From an uncultured Clostridia bacterium (lineage in GTDB: Bacteria > Bacillota > Clostridia > TANB77 > CAG-508): DNA of 64,000 bases. Shown here piece by piece: positions 1-9,381 of the stretch; positions within the stretch are counted from its first letter, which is position 1, and every line of letters begins with the position of its first letter. The DNA lies in the NCBI GenBank assembly GCA_944391965.1, contig CALXVH010000004.1:9332-73331 (forward strand). The letters are read 5' to 3'. A model generated the notes under the pieces. That model worked only from the letters and a program-made list of their open reading frames with translations, was not told the origin of the DNA and made no database searches. The position numbers were made by a program, and so were the translations under genes.

Positions 1-404
1 ATTCCAGTGATTTTGTCACCATTTAAAACTGCCCATTGAATTGGCGCAGCTCCTCTATATTTAGGAAGTAATGAACCATGAACATTTATACATCCTAGTT
101 TTGGAATTTCCAATACTTCCTTTGGTAAGATTTTTCCATAAGCTACAACACAAATTACATCTGGCTTTAAGTTTTTTATCTCGTCTAAAAATTCAGTATT
201 GTTTCTTATTTTAATTGGTTGATAAATTTTTAATCCCTTTTCCAAAGCAAATTCTTTTACTGGTGAATATGCTAATTTCATTCCTCTTCCTTTTGGCTTA
301 TCTGGATTTGTTACTACTCCAATTATTTCGAATCCTGCATCATATATGCTTTTTAATGATTCTTGTGCAAAATCTGGAGTCCCCATAAATAATACTTTTA
401 ACAT
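1..404 (-). CDS. fmt: methionyl-tRNA formyltransferase, N-terminal part (C-terminus lies beyond window start)
   Basis: Minus-strand translation from ATG at 404 gives MLKVLFMGTPDFAQESLKSI...HGSLLPKYRGAAPIQWA (Fmt signature); SD AAGGAGA 7 nt upstream; immediately downstream of def. Confidence 0.9.
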   Translation of the reverse strand, partial: MLKVLFMGTPDFAQESLKSIYDAGFEIIGVVTNPDKPKGRGMKLAYSPVKEFALEKGLKIYQPIKIRNNTEFLDEIKNLKPDVICVVAYGKILPKEVLEIPKLGCINVHGSLLPKYRGAAPIQWAVLNGDKITG

Positions 405-443
405 AAACAATCTCCTTTTAAAATTACAAATAATCTATATACA

Positions 444-917
444 TTATTCTGGTTTAATAGTTTCTAATGTTCCAGGTAACATATTATCTACAAATAAAAT
501 TCCATCCAAATGATCAGTCTCGTGACAAATTGCTTGTGCTAATAAGTCTTTTGCTTTAATTTTTTGTTTTTTACCTTCTAAATCATAATATTCTGCTTCT
601 ACTTCTTTTGGTCTTAAAAGTACAGCAAATTGATTAGGAAAACTTAAGCAACCTTCTTCTACCTCATGTTCTCCTTTTGTTTTTGTAATTACAGGATTTA
701 TTAATACAATAGGGCCCTTTCCATCGTATATATCTATTACAATAACCCTTTTTAATATTCCAACTTGTTGTGCAGCTAATCCTACTCCGTTATTTTTATG
801 CATAGTTTCTATCATATCATCTACAAGTTCTTTTAATTTATCATCAAACTTTTCTACTTTCCTTGCTCTTTTTCTTAATATTTCATCTCCGTTTTGTCTA
901 ATTAATCTAATTGCCAT
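444..917 (-). CDS. def: peptide deformylase
   Basis: 157 aa with GVGLAAQQVG, EGCLSFP and HETDHLDG metal-binding motifs. Confidence 0.95.
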   Translation of the reverse strand: MAIRLIRQNGDEILRKRARKVEKFDDKLKELVDDMIETMHKNNGVGLAAQQVGILKRVIVIDIYDGKGPIVLINPVITKTKGEHEVEEGCLSFPNQFAVLLRPKEVEAEYYDLEGKKQKIKAKDLLAQAICHETDHLDGILFVDNMLPGTLETIKPE

Positions 918-938
918 TTTTTCCTCCTTTTATAAAAA

Positions 939-3179
939 TCACATCATATTTGTCGGATTTATATCTGCAATAACTCTTGCATTATTTTTTAATAATTCTT
1001 TGTCATATAAGCATTCATTTATAATCTCTATTAATTTGTCGTTTACTTCTGCTTTTATTATTATTCTCCATCTATACCTATTTTTTATTTTGTCTATTGG
1101 TGCAGGTAATGGTTTTAAAATATTTGCAGATATATCTTCTTGTTGTATTTTTTTATGTAAATTAGCATATAGTTGATTAGCAGTTTTAGATATAATTTCT
1201 TCTCTTTCACCGCTTATTCCAAACATAATTATATCACAAAAAGGCGGATATCTCAATTGCTTTCTTAATTTTATTTCTACATTATAAAACTCTTCATAGT
1301 TTTGCTTTTTAGAATATTGAATGCTATAATTATCTGGATTATATGTTTGAATTATTACATTTCCTGGTAATTTTTCTCTTCCAGCTCTTCCTGCTACTTG
1401 TACAAGCAAATCGAATGTTCTTTCACTTGCCCTATAATCATCTATATTTAGACTTCCATCTGCAGAAACAACACCAACTAATGTAACTTCTGGAAAATGA
1501 TGGCCTTTAACAATCATTTGTGTTCCAATTAGTATATCTATTTTTTCCTCATTGAACTTTCTAAGAATTTCTTCATGTGAATTTTTCTTTGTCACTGTGT
1601 CTATATCCATTCTAATTGTTGAAGCATTTGGAAACATTTTATTTATTTCAAGTTCTAATTTTTGAGTTCCTGTTCCAAAATGTCTTATTTTTTTGCTACC
1701 ACAATTAGGACATATTTTTACTAAAGGTTCCTCATATCCACAATAGTGGCATTTTAATTTTTCTTCTTTTTTGTGATATGTAAGACTTATATTACAATTT
1801 TTGCATTTAGCAACATATCCGCAATCTCTACACATTATAAATGTAGAAAAACCCCTTCTATTTAAGAAAAGAATCGTTTGTTTCTTGTTTTTTAAATTCT
1901 CTTCTATTAATTTATATAATTTAACACTAATCATTGTTCTATTGCCATTTGCAAGTTCCTGTTTTAAATCTACAACTTGCACACTTGGCAAATTAGAATT
2001 ATTGGCTCTTTTAGTTAATTTTAAAAGTTCTATGTTTCCATTTTGTGCTTCATAAAATGTTGTTATATCAGGTGTTGCGCTTCCTAATAGTACAGGTATT
2101 TTATTGTATTTACCAAGCTCTGTTGCTACCTCTTTTGCATTATATCTAGGTGGCATTTCTGATTTATAAGAAGAATCATGTTCTTCATCAATTATTATTA
2201 TACCAAGGTTTTTAACTGGTGCAAAAATTGCTGACCTTGCACCTATAACAATTCTTGCCTCGCCATTTTCTATTCGTTCCCAACTATCATGTCTTTCACC
2301 AACTGATAATTTACTGTGTAGTACAGAAATAATGTCTTTTCCAAACCTTTCTATAAATCTATTAATCATTTGTGGAGTAAGTGAAATTTCTGGAACTAGC
2401 ATTATAGCACTTTTGCCTTGATTTACTATCTTTTCTATTAATTGTAAATATATCTCCGTTTTTCCAGAACCAGTTACGCCATATAATAAATATTTCTTAT
2501 ATTCTTTTTTATCGATTGAATCTGCAATTTTAGAATAAGCCAATTGTTGTTCAGCTGTAAATTGTAAATTCTTTGTTCTTGTAATATCTTTGTTTAATAA
2601 TGGATTTCTTACTACCTTTTGTTCTTGTAATTTTAAAAAGCCATTTTTTTCTAATGTTTTTATAATTGCTCTTGAAGTATCTGTTTTTTCTATTAATTCT
2701 GCTTGCATAGTTTGTCCATTTTTTATTAAATAATTTAAAATATTTTTTTGCTTTTCTGATTTTATCTTTTTATTGTTGATATAATCTATTGTTTGTTCAT
2801 TACTCATAACTAAAGAAACAAATATTGCTGTTTTATCTTTTGCTCGCTTTGCAAAATTCTTTGTTGTTGTTCCTGGTTTAAGCATTAATTTCATGCATTC
2901 TGCCACATTCGAAAAATATCTCTTTGCCATCCATTTAGCTAAAATTATTTTTTCTGTTGTTAGTGATTGTTCCTCTATTTTAGCGATGTCTTTTACTTCA
3001 TAGTCTGTGCTTTCTTTAATATTTGTTACAAATCCTTCTTCTAATTTTTTACTTCTACCAAAAGGAATTAGGACTCTACTTCCTATAGATATGTTATTTT
3101 CCATCTCTTTTGGTATATTGTAGTCAAAATGCCTATTTAAAGTTTTTACATTAGATTCTATAATTACTTCTGCTATCAT
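939..3179 (-). CDS. priA: primosomal protein N' (replication restart helicase PriA)
   Basis: 746 aa; Walker A GVTGSGKT, DEEH box, Cys-rich zinc-finger insert (CRDCGY...CKNC...CHYCGY...CPNCGS); conserved position upstream of def-fmt. Confidence 0.9.
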   Translation of the reverse strand: MIAEVIIESNVKTLNRHFDYNIPKEMENNISIGSRVLIPFGRSKKLEEGFVTNIKESTDYEVKDIAKIEEQSLTTEKIILAKWMAKRYFSNVAECMKLMLKPGTTTKNFAKRAKDKTAIFVSLVMSNEQTIDYINNKKIKSEKQKNILNYLIKNGQTMQAELIEKTDTSRAIIKTLEKNGFLKLQEQKVVRNPLLNKDITRTKNLQFTAEQQLAYSKIADSIDKKEYKKYLLYGVTGSGKTEIYLQLIEKIVNQGKSAIMLVPEISLTPQMINRFIERFGKDIISVLHSKLSVGERHDSWERIENGEARIVIGARSAIFAPVKNLGIIIIDEEHDSSYKSEMPPRYNAKEVATELGKYNKIPVLLGSATPDITTFYEAQNGNIELLKLTKRANNSNLPSVQVVDLKQELANGNRTMISVKLYKLIEENLKNKKQTILFLNRRGFSTFIMCRDCGYVAKCKNCNISLTYHKKEEKLKCHYCGYEEPLVKICPNCGSKKIRHFGTGTQKLELEINKMFPNASTIRMDIDTVTKKNSHEEILRKFNEEKIDILIGTQMIVKGHHFPEVTLVGVVSADGSLNIDDYRASERTFDLLVQVAGRAGREKLPGNVIIQTYNPDNYSIQYSKKQNYEEFYNVEIKLRKQLRYPPFCDIIMFGISGEREEIISKTANQLYANLHKKIQQEDISANILKPLPAPIDKIKNRYRWRIIIKAEVNDKLIEIINECLYDKELLKNNARVIADINPTNMM

Positions 3180-3257
3180 TTTGTCTCCTTATATCCTACT
3201 ATATAATAGAAAAAGATATCATTATTCTTTTATTATAAGAACAACAATATCTTAATT

Positions 3258-3833
3258 TTAAAACTCTGGATTTTTTACTTTTGCTTCTTCTTGGATTATT
3301 TGTTGTATTATAGATACCGTTTTTTCTAAATCGTTATTTTTTATTACATAGTCATATATCCCAATTTTTGATTCTTCAAAATCGAACCTATTTAGTCTTA
3401 ATTGAATCTCTTTTGGGCTTGGTTTATCTATTCTACTTTCTAATCTTTTTTGTAGTTCGGCTTTTGGAACTCTTAAAAATATTGTTACTACTTTTGTATC
3501 TTGCTTTAATAGTTCTATTAAATGTTGAGTTCCATTTACATCTATATCTTTTACAATAATTTTTCCTTCTTTTATTTTTTCATTTAAGATTTTTCTTGAT
3601 GTCCCATAATAATGATTATGATGTACGTCATATTCATATAATTCCCCATCTTTTATCATTCTTTCAAATTCTTCTGTTGAAACAAAATTATATGTCTCAC
3701 CTGGTACATCTCCTGGTCTCACTTCTCTATCTGTATAAGAAGGTATTGCTATAACGTTTTCCATTCTTTTAATTAATTCTTTTTGAATTGTATTTTTTCC
3801 AGCTCCCGCAACGCCAGACAGTATAACTAGCAT
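3258..3833 (-). CDS. gmk: guanylate kinase
   Basis: 191 aa, P-loop SGVAGAGKNT, SYTDREVRPGDVPGETYNFVSTEEFE...YGTS pattern typical of Gmk; conserved gmk-rpoZ neighbourhood. Confidence 0.8.
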   Translation of the reverse strand: MLVILSGVAGAGKNTIQKELIKRMENVIAIPSYTDREVRPGDVPGETYNFVSTEEFERMIKDGELYEYDVHHNHYYGTSRKILNEKIKEGKIIVKDIDVNGTQHLIELLKQDTKVVTIFLRVPKAELQKRLESRIDKPSPKEIQLRLNRFDFEESKIGIYDYVIKNNDLEKTVSIIQQIIQEEAKVKNPEF

Positions 3834-4015
3834 ACAACCACCTTTCCTTCAGCTACTTCGTTAGTTGCTAGTGTTACAGCTGAATTAGATTTTACTTTTG
3901 TTACAGTAGGTTTACCTGATGCTATTTGTCTTGCTCTTTTTGAAACCATAATTACTAAAGTATATCTATTATCTACTTTTGTTAATAAATCTGTTACAGA
4001 TGGTTTAACCAACAT
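3827..4015 (-). CDS. rpoZ: DNA-directed RNA polymerase subunit omega
   Basis: 62 aa, ...RYTLVIMVSKRARQI... typical RpoZ; overlaps gmk start by 7 nt. Confidence 0.8.
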   Translation of the reverse strand: MLVKPSVTDLLTKVDNRYTLVIMVSKRARQIASGKPTVTKVKSNSAVTLATNEVAEGKVVVC

Positions 4016-4028
4016 ATTAAATTCCTCC

Positions 4029-4277
4029 TTAATTATTTTCTATATTTTTGTCTAATCTTGATGCTACTGTCTCTGGTTGAAGTGCAGAAAGTATTAGATG
4101 ATCTGAGTCTGTAATAACTACAGCTCTTGTTCTTCTTCCATATGTAGCATCTATTGCTGTTCCTTTATCCTTTGCTTCTTGCACCATTCTTTTTATAGGT
4201 GCAGATTCTGGGCTTACTATTGCAATAATTCTATTTGCAGATACTATATTTCCAAAACCAATATTTACTAATTGCAT
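4029..4277 (-). CDS. DUF370/RemA-like (YlzA) protein
   Basis: 82 aa, conserved yicC-ylzA-gmk synteny; [15 protein letters not shown]...[31 protein letters not shown] resembles RemA family. Confidence 0.75.
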   Translation of the reverse strand: MQLVNIGFGNIVSANRIIAIVSPESAPIKRMVQEAKDKGTAIDATYGRRTRAVVITDSDHLILSALQPETVASRLDKNIENN

Positions 4278-4291
4278 TATAAAATCACTTC

Positions 4292-5173
4292 CTATTCTAT
4301 ATTTTGAACTTGTTCTCTAACATCTTCTAGTTCAGTTTTTAGTTCTATTACTAAATTTGTTATTTCTAAACAATTTGATTTAGAACCTATTGTATTTACC
4401 TCTCTATTCATCTCTTGTATTATAAAATCTAATCTTTTTCCTGCTTTTTTAATACTTTCAGATTGTAATAGTTCTTTAAATTGTACAATATGACTTTTTA
4501 ATCTTGTGATTTCTTCTTCTATTGATGTTTTGTCTGCATATAGAACTACTTCTTGTGAAATTCTTGCTTCATCTACTATATCTGTTTGTAGCATTTCCTT
4601 TATTCTGTCCTTTAATTTTACTACATATTGATCAATAAGTCCAGTAGAATATTGTGAAATATTTAAAATATTCTCATTAATTAAATCTAGTCTTTTAAGC
4701 ATATCTTCTGACAATTTTTTACCTTCTGTTTCTCTTGCTTCTACTAAATTAGCTATAGCTTCCTCTAAAGCATTACTTAATTCTTCCCACAAAACATCTG
4801 AATTGTCGTCCTGGCTAATATTTAGAACATCTGGCAGTCTTGCTATTTTCATAACTGTTATATCATTAGTTATATCATTTTCTGATTCTAGTTTTTTTAA
4901 TTCTTCGATATATGCTTTTGCTAAACTCTGATTTATTGTTATCTTCTTTCCTAAATTGCTATTATTTACAAAAGTTATACTGACATCTATTTTTCCTCTT
5001 TCGATTTTTTCTAATATTTTCTTTTTTATTTTATCTTCTAAAAAACTTAGTACATATGGAAGTCTTATATTAATATCAGCATATCTATGATTTACTGCTT
5101 TAATTTCTACAGTATACTCTCTTTCTGCATTAGTATAAGAGCCTCTACCAAAACCAGTCATACTTCTTATCAT
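4292..5173 (-). CDS. YicC/YloC family stress-induced protein
   Basis: 293 aa starting [11 protein letters not shown]... with C-terminal YicC-like region; conserved position. Confidence 0.85.
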   Translation of the reverse strand: MIRSMTGFGRGSYTNAEREYTVEIKAVNHRYADINIRLPYVLSFLEDKIKKKILEKIERGKIDVSITFVNNSNLGKKITINQSLAKAYIEELKKLESENDITNDITVMKIARLPDVLNISQDDNSDVLWEELSNALEEAIANLVEARETEGKKLSEDMLKRLDLINENILNISQYSTGLIDQYVVKLKDRIKEMLQTDIVDEARISQEVVLYADKTSIEEEITRLKSHIVQFKELLQSESIKKAGKRLDFIIQEMNREVNTIGSKSNCLEITNLVIELKTELEDVREQVQNIE

Positions 5174-5185
5174 TATTTTTCTCTC

Positions 5186-6199
5186 CTATTTCTTTTTCTT
5201 CTTTTTTGATTTTTTCTTTGCACCATTATTTGATTTAGCTTGTGTATTCGCTTTGGTTCGAGCTGTAGTTTTCTTATTGCTATCTTTTTCTTTATTTTCT
5301 TCTTGCTCCTTATTTTCGCCTTTTTCTTTAGTTGCTTTCTTCTCTTTTTTCTCCTGTTTGTTTTCTGCTTGTTCAGTAATATTTTTTTCCTCTGTCTTTT
5401 TGTTTCTTCTCCTATGTGTTTCTATTTTTATAATTTTTTCTTCTTTAACTATTTCACTAATATCATTTAAACTTCTTAAATATTCTTTTTTTGTTTTACT
5501 ATATATCCTTACACATTTAATAATATAATATACAGATATTAACAATGATTCAATTGCAATGACCATTACAAATTTATCTACAAACAATTGATAAATATAT
5601 ACTTCGCATAATGTTACTATAGCAACAAATAAAGCTTCCAGTCCATGTGTAAATAATGTTAAATCTATCTTTTTATAGCTTCTTTCGAATAAAATTATTG
5701 AGAATATTAGTATAGAAATACTAAATACTTTTAAATCTACGACAAAAGTATCTTCTCTTATATTCATATATCCTAATATTTTTAATATACAAAAGGCTAA
5801 TATTACAATAGCAATTATTACATTTTTAAATATACTTTTATTTGTTTTTTTTTCATATTCTTTAGACATTTTCTTTTGCTGTTTCTTTTCTTTCTCGATT
5901 TCAGCAATTATCTTTTCAGCTTTTTTATCTTTCTTTTTCTTTTCTTCTTTCTTTACTTCTTCTACTTCTTCTTTTGCTGTTGTTTCTTTAACCTCGTCTT
6001 TTACTATTTTCTCTTTTTTATTCTGTTCTTCATTTTTCGCTTCTACAGCCTTTTCTTCTTTTTGCTCAGCTGTATTTGCTACTTCTTTTATCACTTCTTC
6101 TTTATTCTCTTGCATTACCTCTTTTGTAGTATTAGTTGGTTTATTAGCTTTTGTTTGGTTTTTCTTTGCTTTTTTGTTCTTCTTAGACATATTTAACAC
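5186..6199 (-). CDS. hypothetical membrane protein with Lys/Glu-rich low-complexity N- and C-terminal tails
   Basis: 337 aa; central block of about 5 hydrophobic helices flanked by KE-rich repeats; no recognisable domain. Confidence 0.55.
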   Translation of the reverse strand: MLNMSKKNKKAKKNQTKANKPTNTTKEVMQENKEEVIKEVANTAEQKEEKAVEAKNEEQNKKEKIVKDEVKETTAKEEVEEVKKEEKKKKDKKAEKIIAEIEKEKKQQKKMSKEYEKKTNKSIFKNVIIAIVILAFCILKILGYMNIREDTFVVDLKVFSISILIFSIILFERSYKKIDLTLFTHGLEALFVAIVTLCEVYIYQLFVDKFVMVIAIESLLISVYYIIKCVRIYSKTKKEYLRSLNDISEIVKEEKIIKIETHRRRNKKTEEKNITEQAENKQEKKEKKATKEKGENKEQEENKEKDSNKKTTARTKANTQAKSNNGAKKKSKKKKKK

Positions 6200-6202
6200 T
6201 CC

Positions 6203-6958
6203 TTAATTTAAATCTCCTAATTCATACATTAATATTCCACTCACTACTAATGCTACCGTCTCGGTTCTTAAAATCCTCTTTCCTAATGTTATTACTGATA
6301 CATTCTGGTTTAATTTTAGCTGTTCTATTTCGCTTTCTGCAAATCCACCTTCTGGACCAATTACAATACCAATATTTAATTCTTCTTTATCATTATTTTT
6401 TAATTGTGCTATCTCGTCTTTTATGCTTAGCTTTTCCTCGTTTTCGTATAAGACAAGAACTTTATCATAATTTTCAAATTTTATATCAGCTATATTTATT
6501 ATATTTTCTATTGTAGGAATTATATCTCGTCCAGATTGTTTTGCAGCAACCTCTGCAATTTTTCGCCATCTATCTACTTTGTTTTGTTTATCTTTGTCCT
6601 TTAATTTTACAACCGTTCTTTTAGTAATTACTGGGACAATAGTTTTTACTCCCAGTTCAGTCGATTTTTGAATTATTAATTCCATCTTATCTGATTTTGG
6701 CAAACCTTGAAAAATAGTTATATTCAAACTGGATTCAGACATACTTTTTGTTTCATTTATTATTTTGCATATTATTTTATTTTCTTCTATATATTTTATT
6801 ATGCATTCATAATTTGCCTGAGTATCTGAATTACAAATATTAATCTTATCATCGATTTTTTTTCTTAATACATTTTTAATATGATTCACGTCACTACCCG
6901 TAATCCATATTTCTTCATTTTCTTTTAGATTTTCCGTTTTTATAAAAAATTTAGGCAT
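6203..6958 (-). CDS. rsmE: 16S rRNA (uracil1498-N3)-methyltransferase
   Basis: 251 aa; MPKFF start, RWRKIAEVAAKQSGR and GPEGGF..E..L motifs of RsmE. Confidence 0.85.
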   Translation of the reverse strand: MPKFFIKTENLKENEEIWITGSDVNHIKNVLRKKIDDKINICNSDTQANYECIIKYIEENKIICKIINETKSMSESSLNITIFQGLPKSDKMELIIQKSTELGVKTIVPVITKRTVVKLKDKDKQNKVDRWRKIAEVAAKQSGRDIIPTIENIINIADIKFENYDKVLVLYENEEKLSIKDEIAQLKNNDKEELNIGIVIGPEGGFAESEIEQLKLNQNVSVITLGKRILRTETVALVVSGILMYELGDLN

Positions 6959-7037
6959 TTATCTGCTCCTATCTAATTTTTTCGATTTTATTATACTCTT
7001 TTTAGCAATTTAATTCAAGGAAATCCAAAAGAATTAT

Positions 7038-8516
7038 CTAGTTTTCTAAAATTATAGGTGATTTATTACTTACTTTTTCACAAAACATTTCATCATGTTC
7101 TATAAATAAAAGTGTTGGCATGTATTCTAAAATCATATTTTCTATTTGCTCACGAGTTTGTATATCTATATAATTTAATGGCTCATCCCAAATGTAAATA
7201 TGAGCATTTTCCGATATACTTTTTCCTAATAATATTTTCTTTTTTTGCCCCTCGCTTAAATTCTCTAAATCATGTTGCATTTCTGTTTGGCTTATTCCCA
7301 TCTTTACTAACATTGCCCTAAATACACTTTCATTTAATTTATTTTGTGTAATAAATAATTTTAATGAACCTTTTAACATATGTGTATCTTGTGGTACATA
7401 TGATATTTTTAGGTTATTTCCTATATTTAAAATTCCTTTATATTTATTTTCTTTATTAATAATTGCTTTTATAATACTAGACTTTCCAGCACCATTTTTC
7501 CCTTTAATGCATATTCTATCTCCATTTTGTATGGAAAAATTTATAGGTTTAAATAATGGCTTATTATACTCTATTTGAAAATTCGTTGCAGTAATAAGTT
7601 CATTTTTTTCATATGTCAGTGGTACAATCTTTAATTTTTCTATATTATCTATATTAGAAAGTAACTTTTTAGTTTCTTCTATATTTTTATTTTTTCTTTC
7701 TTCTAACACTTTTGATTTTTTCATTATTTTAGCAGCTTTATGACCTAAGAAGCCTTTGTCTAGCATTTCTTTACTTCCACTTTTATTCTGTTTTTCTTTC
7801 TCTGCTGAATTAGACCATTTTTTACTTTCTTTGCTTGCATTTTCCAATTTTTTTATTTCTTTTTCTAATTTTTCATTTTGCTTTAGTTCGAAATTGTTTT
7901 GCCTATCAAAAGCTTCTTTCCATACAGAATAATTTCCTTGAATTATATCTATATTTGAATTATTTATAGCCATAATATGATCTGTAACTTTATTTAACAA
8001 ATTCCTGTCATGTGAAACAAGAATAAATCCTTTTTTATTCTTTAAATATTTTTCTACATCCAACTTTGAAGTATCATCCAAATGATTAGTTGGTTCATCA
8101 ATTAACAAGAAATTATTTTCTTTTAAAAATAGTGCTACAAGCATTGCTTTTACTTTTTCTCCACCACTTAATGTTTGAAAAGTTCTATATAATGCTTCTA
8201 TATTAAAATTTAAAATATTTAACTCTTTAATAATTTCCCAATCTTCTGCCATACAAAAATCTTGAATTACCTCTATAGTTAGTTTGTTTTCATTTACTTT
8301 AAATGGAAAATAATCTATATCTACATTCTTTATAATTTTTCCAGCATAGTTTAGCTTTCCACATAAAATTTGTAATAATGTAGTTTTTCCTTTTCCATTT
8401 CTACCTATAAGACCTAATTTCCAATTTGTATCTAAATTAACAGATACATCATTAAAAATATCTTCTATTCCATTATCATATCTAAAGCTTAAATTTTTTA
8501 TTTGAATTAGTGACAT
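7038..8516 (-). CDS. ABC-F family ATPase (two fused ABC domains, no TMD; Lsa-like size, candidate ribosomal-protection/ARE type)
   Basis: 492 aa; two Walker A (GRNGKGKTT, GKNGAGKSS), two signatures (LSGGEKVK, LSEGQKKK), charged inter-domain linker; SD GAAGGAGG. Confidence 0.85.
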   Translation of the reverse strand: MSLIQIKNLSFRYDNGIEDIFNDVSVNLDTNWKLGLIGRNGKGKTTLLQILCGKLNYAGKIIKNVDIDYFPFKVNENKLTIEVIQDFCMAEDWEIIKELNILNFNIEALYRTFQTLSGGEKVKAMLVALFLKENNFLLIDEPTNHLDDTSKLDVEKYLKNKKGFILVSHDRNLLNKVTDHIMAINNSNIDIIQGNYSVWKEAFDRQNNFELKQNEKLEKEIKKLENASKESKKWSNSAEKEKQNKSGSKEMLDKGFLGHKAAKIMKKSKVLEERKNKNIEETKKLLSNIDNIEKLKIVPLTYEKNELITATNFQIEYNKPLFKPINFSIQNGDRICIKGKNGAGKSSIIKAIINKENKYKGILNIGNNLKISYVPQDTHMLKGSLKLFITQNKLNESVFRAMLVKMGISQTEMQHDLENLSEGQKKKILLGKSISENAHIYIWDEPLNYIDIQTREQIENMILEYMPTLLFIEHDEMFCEKVSNKSPIILEN

Positions 8517-8527
8517 TTAACCTCCTT

Positions 8528-8598
8528 CGGGATTTGGGGACGGTCCTTTTTTCCCTATTCAAAATTCGGGATTTGGGGACGTTCTTATAATCCCTATT
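8528..8598. repeat. two tandem copies of palindromic repeat unit (CGGGATTTGGGGACGKTCC-TTWTWWYCCCTATT), F orientation
   Basis: Directly visible; same core recurs at 8 other loci in this window; lies in 5' leader of the ABC-F gene. Confidence 0.8.
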
Positions 8599-8615
8599 AC
8601 CCATTCTTGTATTCA

Positions 8616-8975
8616 TTATATTTGTCTTTTTATCCATTCCATTATTAAATCTACTACATATTTGATTTCTTTTTGGGTTAGTTCCTTTCCTTTTCTTATT
8701 TTATGCCATTTATATAAACATCCTCTACAGCAAGTTGCAGTGGCATGTTGTGCAATGAATACGGGATGTCCTTTCATAGGAGTTTGCTTTCCATCATTTG
8801 CAATTTCTTTAGGAGCTAATCTTTGTGTTATAAAGTCGTAGGCATGCTTTTCTATTGTATCTAGTCCTTTTGCTTTTATGTATTCTTTCTCTTTTTCTTT
8901 TAACTTAAATCCTGTTCTAAATTTTGATTTACTTAAAGCTTGTAATTGATTATTTATAAATTCTTCTTCTGTCAT
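8616..8975 (-). CDS. DUF4186 domain protein
   Basis: 119 aa with GHPVFIAQHATATCCRGCLYKWH motif typical of DUF4186; SD AGGAGG. Confidence 0.7.
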   Translation of the reverse strand: MTEEEFINNQLQALSKSKFRTGFKLKEKEKEYIKAKGLDTIEKHAYDFITQRLAPKEIANDGKQTPMKGHPVFIAQHATATCCRGCLYKWHKIRKGKELTQKEIKYVVDLIMEWIKRQI

Positions 8976-9020
8976 GTTTATCCTCCTAATTGGATTTTTT
9001 AATATTTAACTTTTTCATAA

Positions 9021-9075
9021 CCGGGATTTAAGGAACGTCCCCAAATCCCTAAATTCCTAAATCCCCAAAAAAGGA
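9021..9075. repeat. palindromic repeat unit, R orientation (GGGATTTAAGGAACGTCCCCAAATCCC) plus partial second arm
   Basis: Reverse complement of the core seen at 8528; intergenic. Confidence 0.8.
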
Positions 9076-9095
9076 ATAGACAAAAAGCCTATTCC
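9063..9095 (-). terminator. rho-independent terminator overlapping stop codon of the Dabb-family gene
   Basis: GGAATAGgctttttgtCTATTCC stem followed on minus strand by TTTTTTGGGG. Confidence 0.55.
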
Positions 9096-9370
9096 TCAAA
9101 ATCAAATGCAGTTCTTTTTGTTCTAATTTCTTTACACATATTTGACACTTTTACATGTCTTGGGTCTGTTTTATATTTTTTTAAGTCTTCTAAGTTTTCA
9201 AATTCAGAAATTAGAATTGCATCATATTCATCATTATCAATATTTTTACCTACCTGCATACTTTTTATTACATCAATTTGATTTTCTAAAGCTTTTAATC
9301 CATCTAGAAATTCATTCATTTCTTTTTCTGTATTTTCTTTAAATTTCCACATTACTATATGTTTTATCAT
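9089..9370 (-). CDS. Dabb-family stress-responsive alpha/beta-barrel protein
   Basis: 93 aa MIKHIVMWKFKE... typical of Dabb/YciI-like dimeric a+b barrel proteins. Confidence 0.65.
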   Translation of the reverse strand: MIKHIVMWKFKENTEKEMNEFLDGLKALENQIDVIKSMQVGKNIDNDEYDAILISEFENLEDLKKYKTDPRHVKVSNMCKEIRTKRTAFDFEE

Positions 9371-9381
9371 TTTCTTTCCTC

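Noticed and set aside
1801-2055. 84-aa plus-strand ORF inside priA
   Set aside because: Antisense to a well-supported helicase gene; low-complexity translation; no SD.
5240-6196. Several plus-strand ORFs (5240-5470, 5253-5528, 5876-6196) with Phe/Leu-rich translations
   Set aside because: Mirror images of the Lys/Glu-rich minus-strand gene (AAG/GAA repeats read antisense as CTT/TTC); artefacts of low-complexity sequence.
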